Program-made: the position numbers and the translations under genes
Shown here: piece by piece, positions 9,894 through 19,917 of the stretch
How the letters are laid out: each line of letters begins with the position of its first letter
How positions within the stretch are numbered: position 1 is the first letter of the stretch
Source of the DNA: Staphylococcus phage S6
Sequence record: LC680885.1
Direction: 5' to 3' (one strand)
DNA: 64,000 nt
The notes under the pieces: generated by a model
Database searches by the model: none
What the model saw: the letters and a program-made list of their open reading frames with translations, nothing else
What the model was told of the DNA's origin: nothing

Positions 9894-9913
9894 AAATATA
9901 TATTATAAAAATG
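9894..9913 (+). promoter_or_regulatory. conserved promoter-like motif AAATATATATTATAAAAATG + hairpin
   Basis: Exact 20-mer followed by 12-bp stem atcccaatacta/tagtattgggat (9916-9945), then RBS aaaggag. Confidence 0.55.
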
Positions 9914-9970
9914 TTATCCCAATACTATTAAATTAGTATTGGGATTATTATAATAAAAGGAGTTAAGTAA

Positions 9971-10747
9971 ATGGAGAAAATTAAAAAATACTACATTAGT
10001 AAATCGAAAGATGAATTTATGGAATTAACTTTCAATGAAAATGAAACACTCTATTTTGACTTTAAGTGGAAAGTTTTAAGTGAGCTATTCACTACAATGC
10101 AAATAAATTATAATAAGAGATTTCTTATATCTCATGAAGAACATGATGACAATGGTTTAGTTGGTCTTAGAATAAATTTCAATGCTTTTCCCACAGTTAA
10201 ATACAAATATAAGGGTAAGAAAAATAAAATGGAACTTCTTATATACGCTATAATACGCTTTAGTCTAAATGAAGAAGACGATAATTATATTAAGTTTAAA
10301 GCTGTTCCTTTATATAATAATAGTGAAATAGGGAAAAGATTATTTAGTAAAAGATCTGGTATATTTGATGATAATGGTGAACTAAATTTACCGCATGACT
10401 TTAATGAAGAAGTTATGATTCGTTTTTTAAAATATTTTAAAAGTCATATACAAAAAGGTAAAAGACCTTTAGAACTCAAGGATGATTTACACAAGATGTT
10501 TACTACTACAAATAAATTAATTTTTGAATTACTAGATCAGATACAAGATCATTCAGATATTGAATTTCTTATTGCACCCGATTGGGATTTTAGTGGTAAA
10601 GAAATGGAAAAAGAAAAAGGTTTTAGTTTTGAAAAAGAATATGATAAGTATATCAGTTTAAATGATTTCGATGTTGATGCATATTTTAGAGAAATAACTG
10701 ATGAGAAAGAGATTAAAAAATTTAAAGTTAAGAAAGGATTTTCCTAA
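9971..10747 (+). CDS. paralog-array protein (258 aa), tail ...ITDEKEIKKFKVKKGFS
   Basis: Tail motif; HSDIEFLIAPDWDFSG segment is paralogous to 12346 and 13144. Confidence 0.6.
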   Translation: MEKIKKYYISKSKDEFMELTFNENETLYFDFKWKVLSELFTTMQINYNKRFLISHEEHDDNGLVGLRINFNAFPTVKYKYKGKKNKMELLIYAIIRFSLNEEDDNYIKFKAVPLYNNSEIGKRLFSKRSGIFDDNGELNLPHDFNEEVMIRFLKYFKSHIQKGKRPLELKDDLHKMFTTTNKLIFELLDQIQDHSDIEFLIAPDWDFSGKEMEKEKGFSFEKEYDKYISLNDFDVDAYFREITDEKEIKKFKVKKGFS

Positions 10748-10748
10748 T

Positions 10749-11567
10749 ATGAAAAATAATACAAAATATTTTATAGATAAAAAAAGAGATGAATTAATTG
10801 AAATTGATAAAGAATATCTTAATCGATATGAGTATATTGCACACGTATTAACTGTCATTGATATGAATAAGCTTTTATATATTGAAGATCATGCTAGATC
10901 CTTTATAAATGGTATTAATATTGAAGAAAATGATGTGGGAAATGGATTGACTTTTAATAATATAGAAATTCATAATAATATCCATTTCAAAAATATAAAT
11001 AGTAAAAATAATGCGTATAAAAATTTTAATACCGATTTTTATATAAACTTCTTTATTGATAGAATGGATAAAGTTAAAACTCAGAATTTTAAGTTAAAAT
11101 TTAATTTTTATAATTCAATATATAAAGAATATTTTAATAAAATTACCAATAATTTATTAAATGAAGATAATTTAGTCAATGAAGGAGTAAATAAAGAAAT
11201 AAGATCTCTTATGAATTTTGAATTATTTAAAAAAGAGTTATATAATACTAAATACAATAATAGTGAATATTTAAATCTTTTTGAAAATTCATCATATATG
11301 AAGGACAATGTTATTGGATTTATAAATAAATTTGAAGGATTATTTTCTAGTGTAATATACCAAAATAACCTTAGTGTATTAATGACTCTTTATGAAATAA
11401 AATACATGTATGAAGATGACATAGATTTTTATATTAATTTTTATAATGAAAATTATGGTTTAGTTAATATATTAGAATTAATCGAAAGTGATGAAAATGA
11501 TTTATTTAAAGAAATTAAAACAGAAAAAGAAATGAAAGCGTTTAAAGTTAGAAAAGGATTCAAATAA
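10749..11567 (+). CDS. paralog-array protein (272 aa from ATG 10749), tail ...IKTEKEMKAFKVRKGFK
   Basis: Likely start is ATG 10749 (MKNNTKYF), 2 nt after the previous stop; the track's start at 10701 overlaps the upstream gene. Confidence 0.55.
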   Translation: MKNNTKYFIDKKRDELIEIDKEYLNRYEYIAHVLTVIDMNKLLYIEDHARSFINGINIEENDVGNGLTFNNIEIHNNIHFKNINSKNNAYKNFNTDFYINFFIDRMDKVKTQNFKLKFNFYNSIYKEYFNKITNNLLNEDNLVNEGVNKEIRSLMNFELFKKELYNTKYNNSEYLNLFENSSYMKDNVIGFINKFEGLFSSVIYQNNLSVLMTLYEIKYMYEDDIDFYINFYNENYGLVNILELIESDENDLFKEIKTEKEMKAFKVRKGFK

Positions 11568-11588
11568 TATAAAGAAAGGATTTTTGTA

Positions 11589-12329
11589 ATGGAATATAAT
11601 AATTACTATAGATATAAATTAGATGGAAAAATACTTCACTTTGATATGGATAGAACTGATTTACGTAGAGATAAATTGGCTGAAATATTTACTAAAGTTA
11701 AGATGGAATATATTTATAAAGATAAAAAAATGATTAAAAAAGCAAGAAACTTTATTTACCGATCTAATCTTTCTTTAGAGTATTCTCATTTTAAAGATAA
11801 AGTATTTGTAATCAAACAAATTTCTAAAATGCTAAGTAAAAACAATGTAAGGGATTTATTAATTTACGATACGGATCTTAGTTTAGAATTTAATTCTATT
11901 TTAGACGGTGGTATATTTAAAAAAGATTTTCCAGAAGGATCCTTTTATGAAAAAATAGAAAGTAATATGAATAGAAAATATTTAATTTTAAGTGATAATA
12001 TAAGACACACTAGTGAAAGTTTTGTTGATTTATATGATAAAGATTATATTTTAAATTTTGAAGAAGTAGAATTGCTAGTCAAAGAATTTAATAAAACTCT
12101 TTTAAATTATCTTATGGATTTAATGAGTTATGGAAATCTAGAATTAAAAGTTAGAAAATCGGAGTTAGCATATTTTATGACAGGAATATATACAAAAATG
12201 GAAGAAAACGAAGATAAGTTATTCCCTATATTTGATTATAAATTTTTACTTAATGAATCTGGATTATTTGAAGAGATTACAGATGAGAAAGTTATTAAAG
12301 AATATTTAGTGAAAAATAATTTTAAATAA
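11589..12329 (+). CDS. paralog-array protein (246 aa), tail ...ITDEKVIKEYLVKNNFK
   Basis: tail motif. Confidence 0.6.
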   Translation: MEYNNYYRYKLDGKILHFDMDRTDLRRDKLAEIFTKVKMEYIYKDKKMIKKARNFIYRSNLSLEYSHFKDKVFVIKQISKMLSKNNVRDLLIYDTDLSLEFNSILDGGIFKKDFPEGSFYEKIESNMNRKYLILSDNIRHTSESFVDLYDKDYILNFEEVELLVKEFNKTLLNYLMDLMSYGNLELKVRKSELAYFMTGIYTKMEENEDKLFPIFDYKFLLNESGLFEEITDEKVIKEYLVKNNFK

Positions 12330-12345
12330 AAAGGAGATCAATGTA

Positions 12346-13128
12346 ATGAGTATAAATAAAAGTCATAAAAAATATTTTTTGAGTAAAATGACAGATGATT
12401 TATTTGAAGTTACTAACTTATACAGATATAATATAAATGAAGATTATTTATATCTACCTCAATTACTTTCTAATTTACAAGTAAAAAGTAATGAAGAAAT
12501 AAATATACTTTCTGAAGAGATTGTTGGTAAAGATGATAATGGAGAGAATTTATGGTCAGGAACTATATCAGCTGGATATATTTTTCCAGTTATCAAATAT
12601 AATGTTAATAATAAAAAGACAACGAATATACTTATTATTGATTTTGATATTATTTTCAACGAATCAATAGAAAATGAAAACTATTTAAAAGTTAGAATTG
12701 AAAATCCATACTCTTCAGGTATAAATTCAATAATTTTTAATAGCGTTATTGGCAATATATTAGATGAATCCAATTCTTTAAAAGTACCTTTTAGATTTCA
12801 TATAAATAGCATGGAAGATTTAATATCAGATTTTAATAATGGTACAGAAAATGATTTTAGAAATAATAAAGATTTATACCAAATATTAGTTGAAGTAAAT
12901 AGTTCTATATTGGAAATTTTATCACAAATTAGAGATCATTTTGATATAGAATTCTTTGTATCAGATGGTTGTTTCTCGCACATACCAGAGAATGATAAAA
13001 GAGATAATGATGATATAGATGATAAATACTATAATTTATTTGACGAGTATAAAATGTCTGGAGTATTTGAAGAGATTACAGATGAAAAGATTATTAAAAA
13101 ATATTTAGTGAAAAATAATTTTAAATAA
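12346..13128 (+). CDS. paralog-array protein (260 aa), tail ...ITDEKIIKKYLVKNNFK
   Basis: RBS aaaggagat; paralog of 13144 (MSINKSHKKYFLSKMTDDLFEV vs MGVIKSNKKYFLCKINDELFEV). Confidence 0.6.
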   Translation: MSINKSHKKYFLSKMTDDLFEVTNLYRYNINEDYLYLPQLLSNLQVKSNEEINILSEEIVGKDDNGENLWSGTISAGYIFPVIKYNVNNKKTTNILIIDFDIIFNESIENENYLKVRIENPYSSGINSIIFNSVIGNILDESNSLKVPFRFHINSMEDLISDFNNGTENDFRNNKDLYQILVEVNSSILEILSQIRDHFDIEFFVSDGCFSHIPENDKRDNDDIDDKYYNLFDEYKMSGVFEEITDEKIIKKYLVKNNFK

Positions 13129-13143
13129 AAGGAGATTAATATA

Positions 13144-13941
13144 ATGGGTGTAATTAAAAGTAATAAAAAATACTTCCTATGTAAAATAAATGATGAATTA
13201 TTTGAAGTTGATAAGAACAATAGAGATTCATTTTTATATGACTATTTACCTTTAATAATAGCTGAAAAAATAATTAATTCAACTGAAAAAGATTCATATG
13301 AAACTAGTGCATTGGATGTTTATTATAAAAAAGAAGATAACATAATTGAAGGGAATTTAAAATTTTTAGCAAGATGTTTACTTCCCGTCCTGTATAATTT
13401 CAATAATAAAAATTCATTTAAAACAGTTATGACTATCGCAGATTTTAAATTTAAAAGAGATGCTAATAAATCTACTTTTAGTATAGATAAAAATAGTGTT
13501 AATGATAAAATACTATTTCAAATGAGACCTTTAGGAAATGAAATTGATGATATTTTATTTAATAGTATTATAAGTGACCTTTTAAATGAAAATGACGAAA
13601 TAGAAATGAAACAAATGTTATTAATTGGTAATTTTGAAAAATTGTTAAGTGAAATTGATAATCAAAATATAAAACATCATGATGATTTTAAAATTTTAAT
13701 CAAAGATATATTCAATATTTATCTTAATTTATTAAACTCATTAAGTCATCATTTTAATATTGAATTTTTCTTTTCTGAATCTTCTTTTCTAGACATGTTA
13801 AATATTTATGATTATGATATTATTAATAATAAAGATAGTTATAAAATAAATATTTTTGAAGATGATTTAGATGGAATATTTGAAGAGATTACAGATGAAA
13901 AATTTGTTAGAGAATATTTAGTGAAAAATAATTTCAAATAA
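13144..13941 (+). CDS. paralog-array protein (265 aa), tail ...ITDEKFVREYLVKNNFK
   Basis: RBS aaaggagat; paralog of 12346. Confidence 0.6.
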   Translation: MGVIKSNKKYFLCKINDELFEVDKNNRDSFLYDYLPLIIAEKIINSTEKDSYETSALDVYYKKEDNIIEGNLKFLARCLLPVLYNFNNKNSFKTVMTIADFKFKRDANKSTFSIDKNSVNDKILFQMRPLGNEIDDILFNSIISDLLNENDEIEMKQMLLIGNFEKLLSEIDNQNIKHHDDFKILIKDIFNIYLNLLNSLSHHFNIEFFFSESSFLDMLNIYDYDIINNKDSYKINIFEDDLDGIFEEITDEKFVREYLVKNNFK

Positions 13942-13997
13942 AATTAAAAATTTATAGTAACGGAAATATATTTATCAATAGGAGTTGAAACTGGATA

Positions 13998-16733
13998 ATG
14001 AAGATTAAAAGATTAAAGTTAAAGAATTTTATCGGTATTTATGCTGGTATGGGATTAAAAGAAGTTGAAATTGATTTTAGTAAAAGTAAAAATAATATGA
14101 TTATGCTTCTTGGAGATAACGCTTCAGGTAAGACGACAGTTATGTCTAATCTTAATCCATATAGAGAAACTAATGATCAACGTAAAACTATAGTATTAGA
14201 AGATGAAAAAGGTATAAAAGAGATTGATTATATTAAGGGTAATGATGTTTATGAAATTAAACATCATTATGGTAAAAACAGTTCTCAAAATAAATCATTC
14301 ATTAAGAAAAATGGTGAAGAACTTAATGAAAATGGTGGTATTAAATTATTCAATGAAATAGTAGATAAAGAATTAGGTGTATCTAAAGAATACTTTACTG
14401 TAGGTCGTTTAGGCGATAACGTATCAAACTTCATTGACTATACTACAGGTGATCGTAAATCATATATCAATAAATTTGTACCTAATATTGATAGATACTT
14501 AGAAGCTTATAAAGTAGCTAATGAGAAATTAAAAATTATTACTAAAGATTTAAAATCACTTAGATTTGATTTAGACAAATATAAAGAATTTGATGAAATC
14601 AAAAAAGAAAAAGAGAATTTAGAAACTTTAATTGATCAATTACAAAATGAACTTGATGAAGCTAATAAAGATAAAACAACTCATGAAACTAAAATGAATT
14701 CTATCATGGAAGATAAGTACAAAGAGATTCATCCAACTGAATATAAAAATCAATTAATTAATGAAATTAATGAACTTAATCAAGAATTAGAAAAAGAAAG
14801 AAAGTTAAAAGAAGATAATGAGAATTTAAATAAATATACTATTGAATCCGCTAATGAGAAAAAAGATAAAATAGATACTATATTAAATAATACTAATAAT
14901 GAGTTGACTTCTGTTGAAAAAGATAAAGAGAATAATCAAGATAAATTAGATGATTTAATCAGTAGAAAATCTAAAATAGAATCTCGTATGAATGCTATCA
15001 AATTTAATGAAGATTATGATGCTTCTGATGAAATTGATTCAATTCTTGAAGGATATAAAGAAGATTTAGAAGGTATTAAAGATGATGTAGATATTTCTAG
15101 AGGGTCTTTTGTAAGTGAATTCGGTTTACAAATTAAAGATAATATTAAAGAGGATTCATTAAGATTATATGTAAATGATTTAATTTCTAAGGTAGATAAT
15201 TTTAAAGAATTTATTAATGATAATGAATTTAAATATGGTTCTATTCGTGGAGATTTTGAAAGTGAAATTAAAGATAATAATGAAAAAATTTCTATGAACC
15301 AGAATGAATTTAATGAAATTAATACTAAGCTTAATCAAATTAAAGGCAAATCAGACTTATTAAAAATATTAGATCAAAAAGATCATGATCACTATAATGA
15401 ATGTGTATTTGTTCCTTTAGTAGCTGACTTTAAAGACAATGAATTTGATTCAATCTCTGAATTAGAAAATAAAGGTAATCAACTTTATAAAGATAATCAA
15501 GAATTAGAAAAAGATAATAAATTATTATCTAATCATATTGACTTATTACGTAAATTTAATGACATACTTACTAGTAGAAATAGTTTAATTGAATATATTG
15601 GTTTTGAAATGATTGATATTGATAGTATTGAAGAAATATTTACAAATGGTAATACATTCTCTAGTGAACTAAATAGACTTAATTCATTAATTGAAAAGAC
15701 AAATGAAATTCGTACTAATGAAACTAATAGAGATAAATTGACTATTGAATTAGAGAGAAAAGAAAATGCTCTTAAAGAAGATTATTCTAATAAGAAAATA
15801 TTAGATCAATATAAAGAAGATAAAGAAGATTTAGTTAAACAAATTGAAGAAATTAAAAATAAAAATAATGAAATTTCTGAGAATCTTAATTATCTTAATG
15901 GTCGTAAAGAAAAAGCAATTACTAACTTAAATATTATTAATGAATTTATTAATCTAACAGAGAGATCTGAAGAAATTAAATTAAAAATGAAAGATAAAAA
16001 TGATATAGTTGATGACATTGATAAGGATCTTTCAAAATTAAGTAATTTATATGAACTTAATCAAAAAGCAGACAATAAAATTCAATCTATTAAAGATAAT
16101 TTAACTATGAAGAAAAATGATTTAGAATCTACTAAAGAAAAATACTTTGCAGTTAATTCTATTATTACTAAGATTGATGAAATTGAATCAGTGTTATGGA
16201 AATATAATATGGTGGTAGATTCATTAAATCCTAAGAAAGACTCTATACCATTAATATTCATTACTAATTATCTTAAAGATATTGCAGTAAGTACTAATGA
16301 ATTACTTTCAGTTGCTTATAATAATTCATTTAAAATTGACTTTGACTTAACAGATAAAGATTTCTTTATTAATGTGTATAAAGGTAATGGAACTGAGCTG
16401 AAAGATATTAAAGAAGCTTCTCAAGGAGAAACAGCTTTAACTAATATTAGTTTATCTTTATCATTATTAAACAAAGTATCTCAAGATTATAATATTCTAT
16501 ATTTAGATGAAATGGATTCAACGTTAGATTCTAATAATAGAAGAAGATTTGTTGATGTAATTGATAGACAAATTGAATTAATGGGTCTAGAGCAAGTATT
16601 CTTAATTAGTCATAATGATGAATTCTATAGTGCTAATATTGACTTAATTTTACTTAAAGGATATGAAAGTAAAATTGATATTAATAATGAAGAAATGATG
16701 CAAGGTAAAAATGTATTATTTAAAGTAAACTAA
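13998..16733 (+). CDS. SbcC/Rad50-like recombination/repair ATPase (911 aa)
   Basis: N-terminal Walker A LLGDNASGKTT; about 600 aa of coiled coil; C-terminal ABC signature ASQGETALTNISLSLSL followed by Walker B/D-loop ILYLDEMDSTLD. Confidence 0.85.
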   Translation: MKIKRLKLKNFIGIYAGMGLKEVEIDFSKSKNNMIMLLGDNASGKTTVMSNLNPYRETNDQRKTIVLEDEKGIKEIDYIKGNDVYEIKHHYGKNSSQNKSFIKKNGEELNENGGIKLFNEIVDKELGVSKEYFTVGRLGDNVSNFIDYTTGDRKSYINKFVPNIDRYLEAYKVANEKLKIITKDLKSLRFDLDKYKEFDEIKKEKENLETLIDQLQNELDEANKDKTTHETKMNSIMEDKYKEIHPTEYKNQLINEINELNQELEKERKLKEDNENLNKYTIESANEKKDKIDTILNNTNNELTSVEKDKENNQDKLDDLISRKSKIESRMNAIKFNEDYDASDEIDSILEGYKEDLEGIKDDVDISRGSFVSEFGLQIKDNIKEDSLRLYVNDLISKVDNFKEFINDNEFKYGSIRGDFESEIKDNNEKISMNQNEFNEINTKLNQIKGKSDLLKILDQKDHDHYNECVFVPLVADFKDNEFDSISELENKGNQLYKDNQELEKDNKLLSNHIDLLRKFNDILTSRNSLIEYIGFEMIDIDSIEEIFTNGNTFSSELNRLNSLIEKTNEIRTNETNRDKLTIELERKENALKEDYSNKKILDQYKEDKEDLVKQIEEIKNKNNEISENLNYLNGRKEKAITNLNIINEFINLTERSEEIKLKMKDKNDIVDDIDKDLSKLSNLYELNQKADNKIQSIKDNLTMKKNDLESTKEKYFAVNSIITKIDEIESVLWKYNMVVDSLNPKKDSIPLIFITNYLKDIAVSTNELLSVAYNNSFKIDFDLTDKDFFINVYKGNGTELKDIKEASQGETALTNISLSLSLLNKVSQDYNILYLDEMDSTLDSNNRRRFVDVIDRQIELMGLEQVFLISHNDEFYSANIDLILLKGYESKIDINNEEMMQGKNVLFKVN

Positions 16734-16769
16734 AATTTGTTATTAAAAATTTGAGAGGAGTAGATCTAT

Positions 16770-17057
16770 TTGATTCTTAATGTTAATAAAACTTTAGATG
16801 CTAAATTGGAAAAAGAAATGCAGGATGATATTAGAACTGCATTCATTGATAGTACGTTATCACCAATCCTTTATAAAAAATTAGAAGATTTATGTGAAAT
16901 TCATGATAAAGATATAAAACTTTATTATAACCATGATATGATAGAATTTAAAGAATTAAGAAAAAGTTTGATTAGATTTTATAAAGAAAATAATTTAGAT
17001 GAAGACGAATTCATTATAAAGATTAAAAAAGAAGTTATTAAAGATACATTTAAATAG
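16770..17057 (+). CDS. hypothetical protein (95 aa)
   Basis: TTG start after gagagga RBS; C-terminus ...IIKIKKEVIKDTFK loosely resembles the array tail. Confidence 0.4.
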   Translation: MILNVNKTLDAKLEKEMQDDIRTAFIDSTLSPILYKKLEDLCEIHDKDIKLYYNHDMIEFKELRKSLIRFYKENNLDEDEFIIKIKKEVIKDTFK

Positions 17058-17074
17058 AAAAGGACGGTTTTATA

Positions 17075-17227
17075 TGGATAAAAAGAAATTATGGATATTG
17101 ACAGGTATAACTTTTTTAACATCTCTCACAGTAAATTTCATTATTTTATATTATAAAGATAAATATAAAATGGATGATATTGATACAGCAGAAGATCCAT
17201 TTATGAAAGGTCCATTATTTATATAAT
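17075..17227 (+). CDS. small membrane protein (50 aa), not in the ORF track
   Basis: MDKKKLWILTGITFLTSLTVNFIILYY... has one predicted TM helix; RBS aaaggacgg; followed by a strong terminator. Confidence 0.4.
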
Positions 17228-17235
17228 TTAAATAT

Positions 17236-17290
17236 TGCCAAACATTCTTTAAATAGAGTGTTTGGCATTTTATATTTTAATTTTTTATGA
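17236..17290 (+). terminator. rho-independent terminator
   Basis: 12-bp stem tgccaaacattc/gagtgtttggca, followed by ttttatattttaatttttt. Confidence 0.8.
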
Positions 17291-17349
17291 AATTTAAGTA
17301 ACGATTAAATTATCAAAGTAGCAATTGAATTGAGGAGTGTTCAAAGATA

Positions 17350-19071
17350 ATGGGTAGATTTATTAAATCAACATATTTAAATAAAAAAGAGACACATTCA
17401 GGAAAAGAAAAAGTAGTAATGGTAGTTAAAGAAGAAGACGGTAATAAAAAACATATGGAAATAACTGATCCAATGATGCATTATTATGTAACTAAAGATG
17501 AACATTGGTTACCACCTAATAAAATTGTAGGTTCTATTGAAAAAGATAAAGTAAGAACTGTTACTTGTAAGCATAAAGATATTATCAAATCAGTAGTTAA
17601 AGAAGCTGGTAATGCTCAAGATAAAGCAGAATATGATAGAATTATGAAATCAGGTAATTGGCAAGAATATAGAAAATTAAAAGATTTTCATTTATTAAAT
17701 AATGCTCATGGATCTGATATTAATATAGAAGATTATAATATTAATGAGTATATTAAAAAGAATTTAGATAGTAAAGTCGGTATAGATATATGTCTATTCG
17801 ATATTGAGGTTGATGGTTCTCAAGTAACAGGCTTCCCAGATCCTGAAAAGGCTGAAGCAGAGATAAATATTATAACTGTAGTGGATTGGAGTAAGAAAAA
17901 AGTATTAACATTCGCTCTTAAATATGACACTGATACTTATAGAGAAACTATGGAAGATCAGGATAAGTTAATTAAAGACTTAAATGAAATCTATAATAAT
18001 GAAAATAGTGAAATTGGTAAAGATTTAGGTTTAGAATTTGAAATATATGAATTAGATACAGAAATGCAAGTAATTAAATCTTTCTTATACTATATTAATG
18101 AAATTAGTAAACCTGATATATGTACAGCATGGAATCTAGATTATGACTTCCCTGCAATATTTGAACGTATTAGAGCTAATGGAGAAGATCCTGCAGATTA
18201 TTTCTGTTCTAAAGAATTTGAAGATAAGAAAGCATATTATAAATTAGATAAAAACGCTACAGATATGGCTAATAGATCTTCTACATTTGAGACTAATTCT
18301 TATACTAACTGGATTGACCAATTAGCTTTATATGCAAATATTAATAAACCTAATGGTGCTTTGGAATCAGTTAAGTTAAATGATATTGGAGAAAAAGAAG
18401 CGAGAGTTACTAAAGATGTTTATGAAGGTTCTATTTCTGATTTACATTTTAGAGATTATTACACATTTATACTTTATAATATTAAAGATACTGTATTAGC
18501 TGCATTAATTGAACATAACACTAATATGTTTGATTTATTATTCTCTATTGTAGATATGACTAGAACAAGACCTAGTAAAGCACTTAAGAAAACTATTTGT
18601 TTAAGAAATCGTAGTTCAGTATTCTTTGAAAATCAAGGATACGTATTAAGTAATAACCACTCAAAATTATTATCAGATCCGAATGCAGATAAAATTCGTG
18701 GTGGATTTGTAGCAGATATGATGTTAATTGAACGTAATGGTGATACATTAGTTAAAGGTAGAGATATTAGATCTAATAGATTATTTAGTAATGTTTGTGA
18801 CTTTGACTTGAGTGCTCTATATCCATCTATTATTAGAGCATATAATATAACACCTGAAGGACATGTGGGTAAAATGAATATTCTTGATAAAGATAGAATA
18901 ACAGTGCCTAAGTATGAGGAAGATAAAGATAACTATGATTTTAATACTGAATTCGTAAGTAAGTTTAACAGTCAAGATAGTGTTGCTTTTGCTCAAGAAT
19001 TTCATGGTTTACCTCCTCTTATTAAAGCATCTGATGACATTATTAAAGAATTAGAGGAGGAAATTGGTTAA
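17350..19071 (+). CDS. family-B DNA polymerase, N-terminal half (3'-5' exonuclease domain + polymerase motif A)
   Basis: Exo I CLFDIEVDG; motif A DFDLSALYPSIIRAYNITPEG (DxxSLYPS). The ORF stops about 80 aa after motif A without motif B/C. Confidence 0.8.
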   Translation: MGRFIKSTYLNKKETHSGKEKVVMVVKEEDGNKKHMEITDPMMHYYVTKDEHWLPPNKIVGSIEKDKVRTVTCKHKDIIKSVVKEAGNAQDKAEYDRIMKSGNWQEYRKLKDFHLLNNAHGSDINIEDYNINEYIKKNLDSKVGIDICLFDIEVDGSQVTGFPDPEKAEAEINIITVVDWSKKKVLTFALKYDTDTYRETMEDQDKLIKDLNEIYNNENSEIGKDLGLEFEIYELDTEMQVIKSFLYYINEISKPDICTAWNLDYDFPAIFERIRANGEDPADYFCSKEFEDKKAYYKLDKNATDMANRSSTFETNSYTNWIDQLALYANINKPNGALESVKLNDIGEKEARVTKDVYEGSISDLHFRDYYTFILYNIKDTVLAALIEHNTNMFDLLFSIVDMTRTRPSKALKKTICLRNRSSVFFENQGYVLSNNHSKLLSDPNADKIRGGFVADMMLIERNGDTLVKGRDIRSNRLFSNVCDFDLSALYPSIIRAYNITPEGHVGKMNILDKDRITVPKYEEDKDNYDFNTEFVSKFNSQDSVAFAQEFHGLPPLIKASDDIIKELEEEIG

Positions 19072-19853
19072 TGTCTATTATTATTGAAGAATCAAAAATA
19101 GTGAATAAATTAGTAATGACTTTTGAAGAAATATCTAAGCTATTCAATAATATTGTTGATGGAAGTAAGTATATTAGTTTAAATAAAAATATTATAACAA
19201 ATCATTCTAAGTCAGATGATAATCCTAATTCAGTTGAAGTGGAAATTATAGAAGATAATCCAATTTACGATTATCTTCTACCTATTGAAAATTGTGTTTT
19301 TAGTGTAGAAGACTTTATTGAAGTAAGAAAAAATAAGGGAGATAAAATTGTTAAAGTTGAATTTTTCAATGAAATCGATAATAGTGGTATTAAAATAACT
19401 AGAGAATCTGATTTAGAAACTACTATTAATGGTGATGAGTTTGATGAAGATTTATTAGATGAAGAATTAAATTATTCATTGGATGCTATTAATTATTTTA
19501 GTTCTTTTGAACCAAGTCTAAATTTCAAATTAGATAATGATAGTTTATTGGAAATTAAGGAAAGAAAACCTTCTGAGTTCTTTAAGTTTATATTCACTGA
19601 AGATGATGTTATTGTTAAAGATCCTTATTATATTTATAATGAAGAAGACTACCTTATTGATTTTAGAACTTCTAAAAAGTATTTATTAGGATTAAAATAT
19701 AAAAAGACTAAAGGAGAAACAGTTTGTCCATTAGTTAAAATAGATGTATACGCCCCAGAAACAACTGTATATAGTGAATTGATTATGATAAAATTTTCAA
19801 TTTACCAAGACAAATTTGTTGCAAAATTGAAGAATTTAGTTTATAATATATAA
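19071..19853 (+). CDS. hypothetical protein (260 aa), translationally coupled to the pol N-terminal gene
   Basis: ATG overlaps the upstream stop (TAATG); no recognisable polymerase motifs. Confidence 0.5.
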   Translation: MSIIIEESKIVNKLVMTFEEISKLFNNIVDGSKYISLNKNIITNHSKSDDNPNSVEVEIIEDNPIYDYLLPIENCVFSVEDFIEVRKNKGDKIVKVEFFNEIDNSGIKITRESDLETTINGDEFDEDLLDEELNYSLDAINYFSSFEPSLNFKLDNDSLLEIKERKPSEFFKFIFTEDDVIVKDPYYIYNEEDYLIDFRTSKKYLLGLKYKKTKGETVCPLVKIDVYAPETTVYSELIMIKFSIYQDKFVAKLKNLVYNI

Positions 19854-19917
19854 TGTGAAAAAATACTTATAAATTAAGAGAAAATTCTAAAAAGTATTGA
19901 AAAGGAGTGTTTTGAAT

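Noticed and set aside
16770-17057. 95-aa ORF as a member of the C-terminal-tail paralog family
   Set aside because: Only loose resemblance (...KKEVIKDTFK) and located outside the array; not counted.
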